Shown piece after piece: positions 39,404 through 49,820 of a stretch of 64,000 bases of DNA (position 1 is its first letter; every line of letters starts with the position of its first letter). Position numbers and translations under genes: made by a program. Origin of the DNA: Nitrosopumilus sp. (GTDB lineage: Archaea > Thermoproteota > Nitrososphaeria > Nitrososphaerales > Nitrosopumilaceae); assembly GCA_965224195.1 (NCBI GenBank), contig OZ245040.1:1120001-1184000 (forward strand), in the 5' to 3' direction. Under the pieces are notes generated by a model that saw only the letters and a program-made list of their open reading frames with translations, was not told the origin of the DNA and made no database searches.

Positions 39404-41245
39404 ATGATGTCTGCAGGACTGTATGCACTGGTACTGCTTGCATCCCTGTCAGTCCTCCTGCTTTCAAGTACAATCAGTACAGCTGATGCAACCAATCATA
39501 TTCCTCCAGTACTGAAAAATCCAACTGGCCTCGATGTGTATTCAACTCCAGTCTCTGCCACACTATCCTGGTATGCACCTATAGTAGATGCCAACGATGA
39601 CTTTGCATCTGAGAATATTCGTTATGTCGTAAGTGTCCATGATGGTACTAGTGGTGCTAAATTATCTGAACATAAGAATTATTACAGCGCAGATGGCAAG
39701 TTTTATTCACTTTCTGTATATGGTTTGACTCCTGGCAAGGCATATTCTTTCTCGCTTTATGCATATGTTGATACAAATAACAGTATTAGATCTGATACCT
39801 TGTCTCATGGCTTTACGAGCTTATCTCCGGGTGGTCCTATTATCCCTGGCCCACCAGTATTTACTTTAAAAGAAATAATATCCAATACCCAGGCCATATT
39901 CACAATTGAAAGGCCTGCAAAGGTGTTTCCTGGCGATATAGCACATTATGTTTTACAGTATACCTGCGGCTCTGGTGACAAAGAACATACCTACGGCGCC
40001 AAGACATCTCTCAACCCTAATGCTGAGATACGTGTAATGCCTGATAGATCAGGTGTTGGCCAGTATACGACTGTTGATGTAGGAGCATCTGGAAATATCG
40101 ACTCTTGCACTTTTAAGATTATCACCAAACTTGATTATAAAATATCTAGTGATTGGTATTCGTTTACTGTATCATATCCTGACGCAGATCCACTAAAAGA
40201 TCACAAAAAGAAGAAGAGTACTGGCAGCTCAAATGAGCACTACAAAAAGCCAACCTTTGGATTATCCCATCTGACAGAAAGTCTAATTGTAAATAATGGC
40301 ATGTGCCTTAATGACAGCTGCGTTGACGTTGTATCATGGCACACAAAATATCCGGAGGATAAAATATTGATAGACACCACAAACTATCTGCAGGCCAAAA
40401 TGTACACTGATAAAACTTTGCGATATGTAGAGTTTTTCTTTGGAGTGCCAAGGCCTGGAGATGCATCTAATGCAGAGGTATTCGTAAAGGTAAGCCTGTC
40501 TAGAAACTATACCAGTCCAAATAACTATGATGTAACTGGCATCAGTACCATTGATGCAGAAGGTTTGCTGGATGGCACTGTAACTGCTGCAACCATACAG
40601 CCAAGCAAATGTCTTAGTGCAGATGCCGAACCAAACTGTCACACTGTAACATTGCAGTTTGATTTCAACGAGGCGCCAATACACAGGGCATTTGCCATAG
40701 CGGCAGTTGACATGGACAGACGAGTCCATACAAATTACTTTAATGACGGCTTTGTGGTACTTGGCGAATCACTAAATCCAGCAGATATGCACCATGTTGC
40801 AAACAGTGGCAAGTATCACTCTAATGAATATGCAAGTACGCACCAGCTGACACTGACCCAGACAGACAGGGCCAAGAACCTGTGGGCTGACCAGTGGGGA
40901 TTTGCCTGGACACAAAATGACCATGGTACATGGCTCCAGCTGGAACGAGATGAGTTTGTACGACACCAGGATGACATTAGCAGCGTAATGACCAGAGTAA
41001 ACTCTAACTATGATAGTATGATATCTCATGAGAGGGACCGCGCATTACAGCATGCAAAGGATATGTATGGCAGCATATATGACAAACCATCCTCTGATCT
41101 GGCAGAGCCTGTAACCATATGGATTGTGCCCTCACCGTCAGGCAAGCTACAAAACCCGGAGATACTTGATGCAATGAAACTGGAGGAAGCAAAGGCAATG
41201 AGCTATTTGCAGCATATGGTACGCGCAGACATGTCGCGTGAATGA
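39404..41245 (+). CDS. Secreted fibronectin type III domain protein
   Basis: Signal peptide; PTGL..SATLSWYAP..YVV..VYGLTPGKAYSFSLYA FN3 signature; long unassigned C-terminal domain. Confidence 0.82.
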   Translation: MMSAGLYALVLLASLSVLLLSSTISTADATNHIPPVLKNPTGLDVYSTPVSATLSWYAPIVDANDDFASENIRYVVSVHDGTSGAKLSEHKNYYSADGKFYSLSVYGLTPGKAYSFSLYAYVDTNNSIRSDTLSHGFTSLSPGGPIIPGPPVFTLKEIISNTQAIFTIERPAKVFPGDIAHYVLQYTCGSGDKEHTYGAKTSLNPNAEIRVMPDRSGVGQYTTVDVGASGNIDSCTFKIITKLDYKISSDWYSFTVSYPDADPLKDHKKKKSTGSSNEHYKKPTFGLSHLTESLIVNNGMCLNDSCVDVVSWHTKYPEDKILIDTTNYLQAKMYTDKTLRYVEFFFGVPRPGDASNAEVFVKVSLSRNYTSPNNYDVTGISTIDAEGLLDGTVTAATIQPSKCLSADAEPNCHTVTLQFDFNEAPIHRAFAIAAVDMDRRVHTNYFNDGFVVLGESLNPADMHHVANSGKYHSNEYASTHQLTLTQTDRAKNLWADQWGFAWTQNDHGTWLQLERDEFVRHQDDISSVMTRVNSNYDSMISHERDRALQHAKDMYGSIYDKPSSDLAEPVTIWIVPSPSGKLQNPEILDAMKLEEAKAMSYLQHMVRADMSRE

Positions 41246-41444
41246 TATCCCGTATTTTTTGAATGTTATGTTATCTGATACTTTGGTCAAAACTAGGCCG
41301 GATTTTCAACTGATGGTAAATTCGGGTGACAGAGTGGTTCAGTTAGGGTTACCAACGCCTTAACATTGCAAAGCTGACAGCAAACAACACCACCCCCTCT
41401 TTTTATTTTAAAATGTTAACATACAACTATACTAAATTATTATT

Positions 41445-41588
41445 ATGGCATCAAAGCGCATAACCATTATGATTGATGAGAAAAATTACTCCAAAATACA
41501 CAAAATTCAGGCCAAGAGAATTCTAAATGAGAATCGCGCTGTCAGCTTTTCTCAGGTTATTAATGATCAATTAGAAAAAAGTTTCTAA
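41445..41588 (+). CDS. Small ribbon-helix-helix-like DNA-binding protein (47 aa; not in ORF track)
   Basis: MASKRITIMIDEKNYSKIHKIQAKRIL..VSFSQVINDQL. Confidence 0.72.
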   Translation: MASKRITIMIDEKNYSKIHKIQAKRILNENRAVSFSQVINDQLEKSF

Positions 41589-41885
41589 ATACCTAGTTTT
41601 TGTGTATGGCATAATCCATACACTTTTTGTAAAATGCCTGGGATAGGATATCCCGTCCTAGCTTTATCTTTGGAGGCATTGGACAGCTTTTGGTTTTTAC
41701 ACCAAGTGCTCATTTACCTTACAGATGGTATCGCCTTTTTTGATGGATATCTTACAGTGCTTGCCAGGTGCTATCAAACTTTGACTGCATTGCATTTGGT
41801 ATGATTACAGTATTACTTTATGATTATTAAATACTGTCTTTGTGTCCATATTGTTAACTAGGAGTTATCACTGGATCTTTATAGA

Positions 41886-42150
41886 TTGGAGATAACAATT
41901 AGAGATGCAACTAGCAAGGATTACCCTGTACTCTTGGAGCTGCTATACGAATTGGGAAGACCAAGAATACAAAAAGACTATGATGTTGAGATGTTTAGAA
42001 GCAAGATAAAAAAAATACCTGACATCTTTTGATAAAAAAATATCTGTTGCAGAAATTGGTGATATTAAAATTGTAGGAATGGCTAGTGTAATGTTTTTAC
42101 CAAGACTAAACCATACAACTTTAGAGATGTACATCCTAGAACTGTGGTGA
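41886..42150 (+). pseudogene. GNAT acetyltransferase remnant
   Basis: ITIRDATSKDYPVLLELLYELGRP, frameshift in the A-run near 42010, then VAEI..IVGMASVMFLPRLNH..MYILEL; truncated. Confidence 0.75.
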
Positions 42151-42768
42151 TAGAAAGTATTTGTTTGCCATAATGGACAACGAGACTAGATTTTGGATTT
42201 CCCAAGTAGCAGATTCAAATTTCCCCCTTTTTCTTTTTTTAAATGCCACAAAAATGCCTTAGAACTATGCAAAAATTTTTAGTCAATGTCCCCCCAGATG
42301 CATCTGGATTTGCCCGATTATATTTGACAAAAACAAGTATGATGTATTGTCTAACATTTCATTCCATTGCAAGAAAATGTATTATGATGATGGTAATCGT
42401 GAAGACGAGTGTTATTACAAGATAGGTTTAGTTGAGATACAAAAGGTTGGAACAAAGTACATTTATCAACAAATTGGAACTAAACGTGGCATAGTACAAG
42501 TGAATGATGAATATTATGATTGATCAGATATTGAACTTAGATGATTTGCTGTGTGATTTCTCAGAGTATGATTTGGATTGTGTCAAATCTATTGCTACAA
42601 AGGTTGCAGCAGTATTTGATAGTGGTATGGATTCCTGATGGTCTGTTGATTGTGCTAAAGGTAAAGACGGCAAATAGTATCTAATTGATATGGCTTTGGG
42701 CGTTATATCTGGTCATTACTTTGAGTGTCCTAACAGACCTAAAGTAAAATATTCTGATGGAGTGAGAT

Positions 42769-43017
42769 TTGCTGATGAGTGATGCATTAAAAGTCGCATT
42801 TGTATTAGTTAATGCAAACTTTCCAATAAATGATTCATTAAGAAATAATTTGGAATTAATAGATGAGGTAAAACAGGTATCTAGGACTTTGGGGCCATAT
42901 GATTTTGTCGTAAAGGTTGGAGCATCTAACATTGAAAACCTTCGAGAGGCAATCACCTGGAAGATACGAAAATTATCAGATATAAAATCAACTCTAACGC
43001 TGGTAAAGAACCAATGA
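42769..43017 (+). CDS. Lrp/AsnC ligand-binding-domain protein
   Basis: AFVLVNA, TLGPYDFVVKV, ITWKIRKL..STLTL. Confidence 0.82.
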   Translation: MLMSDALKVAFVLVNANFPINDSLRNNLELIDEVKQVSRTLGPYDFVVKVGASNIENLREAITWKIRKLSDIKSTLTLVKNQ

Positions 43018-43475
43018 CTGATGATTTTGTAGATAAAGTGGATTATGTCAAGTATACGGGACACGACTAGAAATCTTCTTCGTGTAAACATCGGGACATG
43101 CAGCAGGTTTAAATTTTGAATGAAGTTATAATCAGTATGACCGTTCTAAATCATCTTGAGTGCAACTGTGAAATTACAATAAAAAATTTAGTAAATATTA
43201 TAAAAAATTAGCTTGTTTGCATCCTAAAAAGATGTGGATGATAGCATTGGAACTCGGGGGTGATGGAGATGAAGTTCATTACTATCTGTATCCTAGTGCT
43301 GTTGGCTAACGTCAACATTACAATACAGATTTAGAAAGTGGCAACCCCACTTCTTTTTTATTTGCATTTTCAATCAAAGTTTTCCACTTATTATTACTGT
43401 GAATGATAATTGAAGTTCTAGGTACACCTGAAACAATAACCTTTGAAATAAAAGATAAAAAAGTAAGAATAAAAT

Positions 43476-43812
43476 CTACTTAAGATCAACCGTATTGAAC
43501 TCAAGATTTCTTAGATTTTTACCCATTGTTGCTCTGTAATAACTGAATAGTCCAGCTACTCGTTCAGATGTTATTTTTGTCTTAAATGTAGTATTTTGCT
43601 TAATCACTAAATTCTCTCTCACTAGGATTGAAAGACATTTGTCTACTTTTGGGCCTCTCTAATTTTGTAAATTTTGAAATGTCGTCAATTTTTTGTTCTA
43701 ACTCATAATCAGACAAAAGACAATCCAAAATTTTATGCATTCCTTCTGTAGAGAACAATCGTTCTAATGGTAATGCGTATTTGTCTGTAGTCTCGATTTG
43801 GTTTAAAGCCAT
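43476..43812 (-). pseudogene. Winged-helix protein, frameshifted
   Basis: PLERLFS..KILDCLL; after a shift near 43648 another frame continues VDKCLSILVRENLV..GLFSYYRATM to TAG 43476. Confidence 0.65.
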
Positions 43813-43842
43813 GCGATAATTGGATTTTGATTCTATTTAAAA

Positions 43843-44118
43843 TTATTCTGCTGGTTTCTTTTCTTTTCTAGTTGCACTATCTTTTTTCCTTCTTGCACCA
43901 AAACTAATCAAAACTAGTAAGAATCCTATACCTACTAAAATCCCTGATAACATTTGATAAGCTTGATTTTGATCCTCAGCTATTAGCAAATCGATAACTT
44001 CCTCTTCACTCATTCCTGATTCTCCTATTGGTTGATCAGCTGATACAATGGTGACGATAATTCCTGCAATGATCATTGCAAGGCCTCCTGATAGAATTCG
44101 TTTATCAGCAAGAACCAT
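43843..44118 (-). CDS. Two-TM membrane protein
   Basis: Two hydrophobic segments, basic tail. Confidence 0.72.
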   Translation of the reverse strand: MVLADKRILSGGLAMIIAGIIVTIVSADQPIGESGMSEEEVIDLLIAEDQNQAYQMLSGILVGIGFLLVLISFGARRKKDSATRKEKKPAE

Positions 44119-44163
44119 GTGTAATTTTAGTTGGCTTTCACCATATATTAGGTATTTTGAAAA

Positions 44164-44454
44164 TTAAAATCCTTCAGGTGGTCTTTGAACAAAAACATTG
44201 CAAACTAGCGCATCTGTTTTTTCATCTCTATATTGCACATTACATGACACAAATTTTCCTTTGAGTGCTCTCTCTAAATCTTCTTTAGTTTTCTCTTCGT
44301 ATTGTGGTTGTGCAGGATCATCGATTTTACTCATTATTACTTTTTCAACTTTACCATATTGTTCTGTGTTGTCTTTTCTTGTATGACTGACTAGTAATTC
44401 AAAAGCATTGTTTGTAAGAATTGAAAGTACTGCGCCACCTATTCCATCTCCCAT
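44164..44454 (-). CDS. Small thermonuclease-like (SNase OB-fold) protein
   Basis: KIDDP..LERALKGKFVSC..YRD..LVCNV resembles the SNase fold without full catalytic motifs. Confidence 0.6.
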   Translation of the reverse strand: MGDGIGGAVLSILTNNAFELLVSHTRKDNTEQYGKVEKVIMSKIDDPAQPQYEEKTKEDLERALKGKFVSCNVQYRDEKTDALVCNVFVQRPPEGF

Positions 44455-44480
44455 GGTACTATTTTTTTTCGGTTCTATAA

Positions 44481-45308
44481 TTACTTGCTGGCAATACTAA
44501 TTTCAAAGTCTGGAACAAGCCCTTTCTCTTTTGCCATTTGGAATAGTCTTCTGATTGATTCCTCTCCTGGGTCTCCCATGTTTACAGTTACGTGGTTTAC
44601 ATACATTTTTACAAATTTCTCAATTAGACTTTGTTCTTTACCTCTGGCATATTGCATTGCATATTCTATTGCATCCTCAAAATACTCAATTCCAAACTCT
44701 ATTGATTTTTGCAGATATTTGTCAAACTTTGCTATTGTCTCCATGCCTAGGTCTGTTTTCATGACATTAATCCCTAAAGGTACTGGAAGACCATTTGTGG
44801 TTTTATTCCACCATTCACCAACATCTAAAATTTTGACATTGCCTTCTTGTTCATATGATAATTGAGTTTCATGAATTACTAATCCAGCATCTACTTTACC
44901 TGATTTTACAGCTTCTGGAATATCACTGAAATTCATCTCAACGTAATCAAACTTTCCAATCATTAATTGCAATAGTAAGAATGCCGATGTCATTTTTCCA
45001 GGAATTGCGATTTTGCATTTTTTAATCTCATCAATGCTCATCTGTTTTTTAGCAGTAACAATTGGACCATAGTTAATTCCAAAACTCCCACCACTTCTCA
45101 AGATTGTATATCCTGGGATAAATGCACATGCATGAACTGAAACTGCAGTTACATCAAGTTCTGGATCTGTTGCTTTACGATTTAATTTCTCAATATCTTC
45201 AATAACATGATTTACTGTAAATTCTGGAGATGGAACTTTGCCTGTAAACATTCCATAAAACATGAATGCATCATCTGAATCAGGAGTGTGGCCTACAGAA
45301 ATTTCCAT
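44481..45308 (-). CDS. mqnD: 1,4-dihydroxy-6-naphthoate synthase (MqnA/MqnD family)
   Basis: GHTPDSDDAFMFY, DIEKLN, YGPIV, AGLVIHE, LPVPLG, MYVN. Confidence 0.88.
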   Translation of the reverse strand: MEISVGHTPDSDDAFMFYGMFTGKVPSPEFTVNHVIEDIEKLNRKATDPELDVTAVSVHACAFIPGYTILRSGGSFGINYGPIVTAKKQMSIDEIKKCKIAIPGKMTSAFLLLQLMIGKFDYVEMNFSDIPEAVKSGKVDAGLVIHETQLSYEQEGNVKILDVGEWWNKTTNGLPVPLGINVMKTDLGMETIAKFDKYLQKSIEFGIEYFEDAIEYAMQYARGKEQSLIEKFVKMYVNHVTVNMGDPGEESIRRLFQMAKEKGLVPDFEISIASK

Positions 45309-45461
45309 ATCTATTTCCTTGATTCTGGTAATAAATACCAAAAAGAAGAGAGAGTGAATCCATTTGTGGTGTGAAAAAAGAATCTCAATGTTTCTAACCG
45401 TATGATCTACTGATCTTTTGAAAAACTAAGGTTTAATACCTGAATCCAAAGTTTTGCGAAT

Positions 45462-47654
45462 ATGGCAAAATTCAAGTCTACTGACGAGGTAATGAAAATT
45501 ATCAAGAACAAGGGCAATATTCGTAACTTTGGTGTTATTGCCCACGTTGACCATGGAAAGACAACAATGAGTGACAGCCTTTTGGCAAACTCTGGAATTA
45601 TTGCTCCCTCAGCTGCTGGAAAAGCACTTGCAATGGACTTTGATAAAGAAGAGCAAGAAAGAGGAATTACAATTTACCAAGCAAACGTTACTTTGCTCTT
45701 TGCCCAAAAAGATCAAGAATATGTAATTAACATGATTGATACCCCAGGCCACGTCGACTTTAGTGGAAGGGTAATTCGAAGTCTCAGAGCAATTGATGGT
45801 GCAGTAGTAGTTTGTGATGCAGTAGAAGGTATCATGACACAAACAGAAACTGTAACTAGAATGGCCCTTGAAGAGCGAGTAAAACCTGTTTTGTTTATCA
45901 ACAAAGTGGATAGGCTCATCAAAGAATTACGATTAACTCCAGAAAAAATGCAAGCACAATTAGCAGAAGTAGTCTCAAATTTCAATACCCTCATTGACAC
46001 ATATGCAGAACCAGAATACAAAGAGAAATGGAAAGTATCCATTCAAGATGCAAGTGTAACATTTGGTTCAGCAAAAGACAGATGGGCAATTAACACTGAT
46101 TTAATGAAAGAAAGAGGAATAACATTCAAAGATGTAATTGATGCATATACTGAAGAAAAACTAGATGCTCTTATTGAAAAAGCACCACTAGCTGATGCAG
46201 TACTTGGAATGGTAGTAAAACATCATCCAGCACCACACGAAGCAATTCCTTACAGAATTCCACAAATTTGGAAAGGTAACTTGGAATCAGATATTGGCAA
46301 AGCTTTGCTTGCAGGTAAAGATGATGGTCCAACTATTATGATGGTTGTAAACATGGTGCTAGATCCTGCAGCAGGTCCTGTTGCAATTGGAAGATTATTT
46401 TCAGGTACAATCAAAGACGGTCAAACTTTACACATTATAGATGAGAAAAGAGAAGGCAGAGTTCAATCAGTCAATTTCTTTATGGGTAACCAAAGAGAAC
46501 AAGTTGGCGAATTGGGTGCAGGAAACATTCCAGCTTTATTGGGATTAACTGAATGTAGAGCAGGAAACACACTATCATCTGTTAAAGGAATTCCAATGTT
46601 TGAAGGTGTGAAATATGTCTCAGAACCAGTCGTTCAAATTGCAATAGAGCCAAAACATCCTAAAGATTTACCTAAACTCGTAGATATTTTAAGACAATTA
46701 ACAATTGAGGATCCAAATTTAGTTGTAAAAATTGATGAGGAATCTGGTGAGACAATTGTTGCAGGAATGGGTGTATTACACTTGGACGTTGCAGTACACA
46801 GAATTCAGGATGCAAAATGTGACATTATAACTTCAGAGCCATTAATCAATTACAGAGAAACTGTAAAGGGTACATGTGAACCAATTATGGCTAAATCACC
46901 AAATAGACACAATAAAATTTTCATGAAAGTAGAGCAACTAGAACCAGAAATTGCACACATGCTAAGAACTGGTGAAATTTCAGATGTTAAAGATAAAACT
47001 GTAGTAAAAGATTTGTTGAAAAATGCAGGATGGGATACTGATACAATCAAGAGAGTTATGAAATTTGATTCACGTGGTAATGTTTTGATTAACGGAACAA
47101 AAGGTGTTCAATTTGTACAAGAGTCAACTGATTCTATTAATTCAGGATTTGAAGAAGTAATGAAAGAGGGTCCTCTCTGTAAAGAACAGATGAGGGATTG
47201 TAAATTCATCTTTACTCACTTTGTTCCTCACGAGGATACAGCACACAGAGGTTTGTCCCAATTAGGACCTGCATCAAGACGTGCATGTATGGGTGCTTTG
47301 TTAACTGCAGGTACTGCAGTGCTAGAGCCAACTCTAGCAATTGAAGTTCGTGTACCAACTGATTTGGTTGGTAATGTTGCAACTATTCTTTCAGGTAAAC
47401 GAGGTAAAGTCCTTGACATGTCACAAAAAGGCGCATCAAGTATTGTAATTGGTGAGATTCCAGCATCTGAGACTTTTACACTATCAGAAGCTATGAGAGG
47501 TCAGACTGCCGGTCGTGCAACCTGGAATACATCATTCAAAGAATGGACAGAAGTTCCAAAATCCATGTTAGAAGCAGCAGTAGCTGATATTAGAAAGAGA
47601 AAAGGATTAGCACCAGAACCACCAGGTGTTGGCGAATTTATCGATAAAGCATAA
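45462..47654 (+). CDS. fusA: Archaeal translation elongation factor 2 (aEF-2)
   Basis: AHVDHGKTT, RGITI, DTPGHVDF, NKVD, diphthamide loop HEDTAHRG. Confidence 0.98.
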   Translation: MAKFKSTDEVMKIIKNKGNIRNFGVIAHVDHGKTTMSDSLLANSGIIAPSAAGKALAMDFDKEEQERGITIYQANVTLLFAQKDQEYVINMIDTPGHVDFSGRVIRSLRAIDGAVVVCDAVEGIMTQTETVTRMALEERVKPVLFINKVDRLIKELRLTPEKMQAQLAEVVSNFNTLIDTYAEPEYKEKWKVSIQDASVTFGSAKDRWAINTDLMKERGITFKDVIDAYTEEKLDALIEKAPLADAVLGMVVKHHPAPHEAIPYRIPQIWKGNLESDIGKALLAGKDDGPTIMMVVNMVLDPAAGPVAIGRLFSGTIKDGQTLHIIDEKREGRVQSVNFFMGNQREQVGELGAGNIPALLGLTECRAGNTLSSVKGIPMFEGVKYVSEPVVQIAIEPKHPKDLPKLVDILRQLTIEDPNLVVKIDEESGETIVAGMGVLHLDVAVHRIQDAKCDIITSEPLINYRETVKGTCEPIMAKSPNRHNKIFMKVEQLEPEIAHMLRTGEISDVKDKTVVKDLLKNAGWDTDTIKRVMKFDSRGNVLINGTKGVQFVQESTDSINSGFEEVMKEGPLCKEQMRDCKFIFTHFVPHEDTAHRGLSQLGPASRRACMGALLTAGTAVLEPTLAIEVRVPTDLVGNVATILSGKRGKVLDMSQKGASSIVIGEIPASETFTLSEAMRGQTAGRATWNTSFKEWTEVPKSMLEAAVADIRKRKGLAPEPPGVGEFIDKA

Positions 47655-47699
47655 ATTTTTTTTAAAAAACTTATACCTAGAATATTTTTAATTAGAATT

Positions 47700-47918
47700 G
47701 TGGTTAGTAATGATGATATTCGAGAATATACCAAGAAAAAATATGGATATTCTGTAAAAAATGGATGGATTGCTCATGCCAAAGAACATTACAATTTAGA
47801 TGTAAATCAGGCACATAATCGCTCAGGTGAGAGAAAATGGCCTTGCCCTAAGAAGAGATTAGTAGAATTTGAAGAAATTTTTACTTATTTTGGGTTGTTA
47901 AAAAAGACAAAAAACTAG
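47700..47918 (+). CDS. Small basic protein resembling the RlmD/RumA C-terminal-extension family
   Basis: IREYTKKKYGYSVKNGWIAHAKE..L...AHNR..RKWPCP......EEIFTYFGLL pattern; family recalled, not searched. Confidence 0.55.
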   Translation: MVSNDDIREYTKKKYGYSVKNGWIAHAKEHYNLDVNQAHNRSGERKWPCPKKRLVEFEEIFTYFGLLKKTKN

Positions 47919-49258
47919 TTAGATATTGTCTCTTTTTTATCAAGAATCCTAAAAATGGATTTTCCTGTTTCTGGTTCGATTTCCCATTCAACTTGTTTTA
48001 ATTCCGCTAGCCTTCCCATAGTTGCTACTCTCCACCCTTCAATGTATTTAGCATTTGTTTTATCTAGTATTTTTTCACCTATTTCTTCGTCCATTTCATA
48101 CTCTATTTTTGCAAACTCACATCTTGTTGAAATTTCTGGATTGGATTCAACAAATTCATTATTTGCTCTAATAATTTCTTGATCTAAAACCTTGGCTATA
48201 GGTACTTGTTGTAATGTTGGATCAAATTGATATTTCTGAACTGTCTCTAATGCAACTTTGTGAAATAAACTCTCTAATTTTATTTCAGGAATAATTTTTC
48301 CAATAATGTATTCTCTTTCATCTTTTGATAGTCCTTGTGAATAGTCTTGATTCAAAATTGGATTATCTAATAGATAGAATTCTTTACCTTTTTTAGTTAG
48401 TGAAATGAATTCCTCTTTTCCTTCTTTAGATAATACAGCAAATCCTAACGCAGCTAGCATTCCTTCAAAATACAATTGTTTATCGTTTCTGTCTTTTCGT
48501 GTCTTTCCAATATATTGATCTCTGAATCTTTTCTGAACTGAAACATTATCTTCTGCATCATTACTTAATTTTGGAAACCCTGTAGATATTTTTTTAGCTC
48601 TTTTAATAGAGTTTTTTGTTTCAAACTCTATAATTTTTTCATTAAATTCTGCAGCAATATCTAATGCATCTGCTCTTAATGCTTTTAGGTTTATTTTACT
48701 CAATGATGGATTCTTTCGTAACAAATCAGATAATACTGCCAGTACAATTTTGGATGGAGCAAATCTACTATAGAATCTAAATAATATTGGGTAATCATCA
48801 AATGTAATTACAGAGTTACTTGGTGTTGTAATTTTAAAATTTCTAATATATGTTCGAGTATCTTCTAAATTATTAATTAATTCTAAATAATCATTTTTTG
48901 AGTCTCTTTTTTCTTTTAATCTTAATTCCTCATTGATTGATGGTTTATCTGGTCCTGCAACATATTCTTGATATACTTCTTTTTTGAGATTGCTTTGCAT
49001 CATTTCTTTTTGTTCATCTGTCTGTGGGTATCCTTTCATGACATCCATTGATGATTTTGGGTCCAATTCCCATGTCAGTAATATTTGGATGGCTCTATCA
49101 AGAAATGCTTCTGGATTTCTAAATCTCTGCTTTTTTACTAGTTCATCAATTTTTTTTGCATCTTCATTTAGTGGTATGTACTTTATTTTAGATCCCAATA
49201 TACAATATAATCTATTTATGTTATAAGTATTGTAGTAATATCCATTTTTAACACACAT
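47915..49258 (-). CDS. Putative regulator: N-terminal RHH-like and C-terminal winged-helix-like domains
   Basis: KYIPLNEDAKKIDELVKKQRFRNPEAFLDRAIQILL; ISLTKKGKEF; ATMGRLAELKQVEW; probable start TTG 49198. Confidence 0.65.
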   Translation of the reverse strand: MCVKNGYYYNTYNINRLYCILGSKIKYIPLNEDAKKIDELVKKQRFRNPEAFLDRAIQILLTWELDPKSSMDVMKGYPQTDEQKEMMQSNLKKEVYQEYVAGPDKPSINEELRLKEKRDSKNDYLELINNLEDTRTYIRNFKITTPSNSVITFDDYPILFRFYSRFAPSKIVLAVLSDLLRKNPSLSKINLKALRADALDIAAEFNEKIIEFETKNSIKRAKKISTGFPKLSNDAEDNVSVQKRFRDQYIGKTRKDRNDKQLYFEGMLAALGFAVLSKEGKEEFISLTKKGKEFYLLDNPILNQDYSQGLSKDEREYIIGKIIPEIKLESLFHKVALETVQKYQFDPTLQQVPIAKVLDQEIIRANNEFVESNPEISTRCEFAKIEYEMDEEIGEKILDKTNAKYIEGWRVATMGRLAELKQVEWEIEPETGKSIFRILDKKETISN

Positions 49259-49385
49259 TTTAATTTGCGATCGTAATATTTTAAGAATTTAGGCATAAAT
49301 GTACTGCTTTTGGATCTATTATATTGAAGAGAAACCATTTATGTTAAACATAAAGAATTATATAATATACTTACGTACAATATAC

Positions 49386-49820
49386 ATGGTCGCAACAACA
49401 CATGGAAATAAACTCGTTCTAGATACTTGTGTCATAATCAATATTCTGGAGAATAGGTCAGTAGCTGATCTAATCAAATGTCATATTGATACTGAAAATT
49501 GTAGAGTTTATCTAAACAGTGTATCCCTTGATGAAGCCTCAAGAAAAGGATACGGCAAAAAACAACTAGTTTCAAAAATTTCAGAATACTTGGATACTTT
49601 GGTAATTGTAAAAGAAGTGACTAATGAGAATTACATCGAAGCCCAAAAATTAGAAGATAATTGTTCTTTAATTCATCATGGTGATTCTGCAATTGCAGCA
49701 TTTTCAGTTGAGAATAAATCAACTTTGGTTACATATGACAAAGAACTTCTCAAAGGATGTAATGTTGTAGGAATTCCAACTTTTAATCCAAACATGATTT
49801 TAGGAGGAATGACAGCATGA
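49386..49820 (+). CDS. PIN-domain (VapC-like) ribonuclease
   Basis: LVLDTCVII, SLDE, GDSAIAA, LVTYDKEL give the acidic tetrad; likely start MVATTHG. Confidence 0.88.
   Translation: MVATTHGNKLVLDTCVIINILENRSVADLIKCHIDTENCRVYLNSVSLDEASRKGYGKKQLVSKISEYLDTLVIVKEVTNENYIEAQKLEDNCSLIHHGDSAIAAFSVENKSTLVTYDKELLKGCNVVGIPTFNPNMILGGMTA

Noticed and set aside
42173-42240. tRNA fragment / att site (TTCAAAT followed by C-run)
   Set aside because: No T-stem or acceptor-stem pairing; no tRNA or rRNA recognised anywhere in the window
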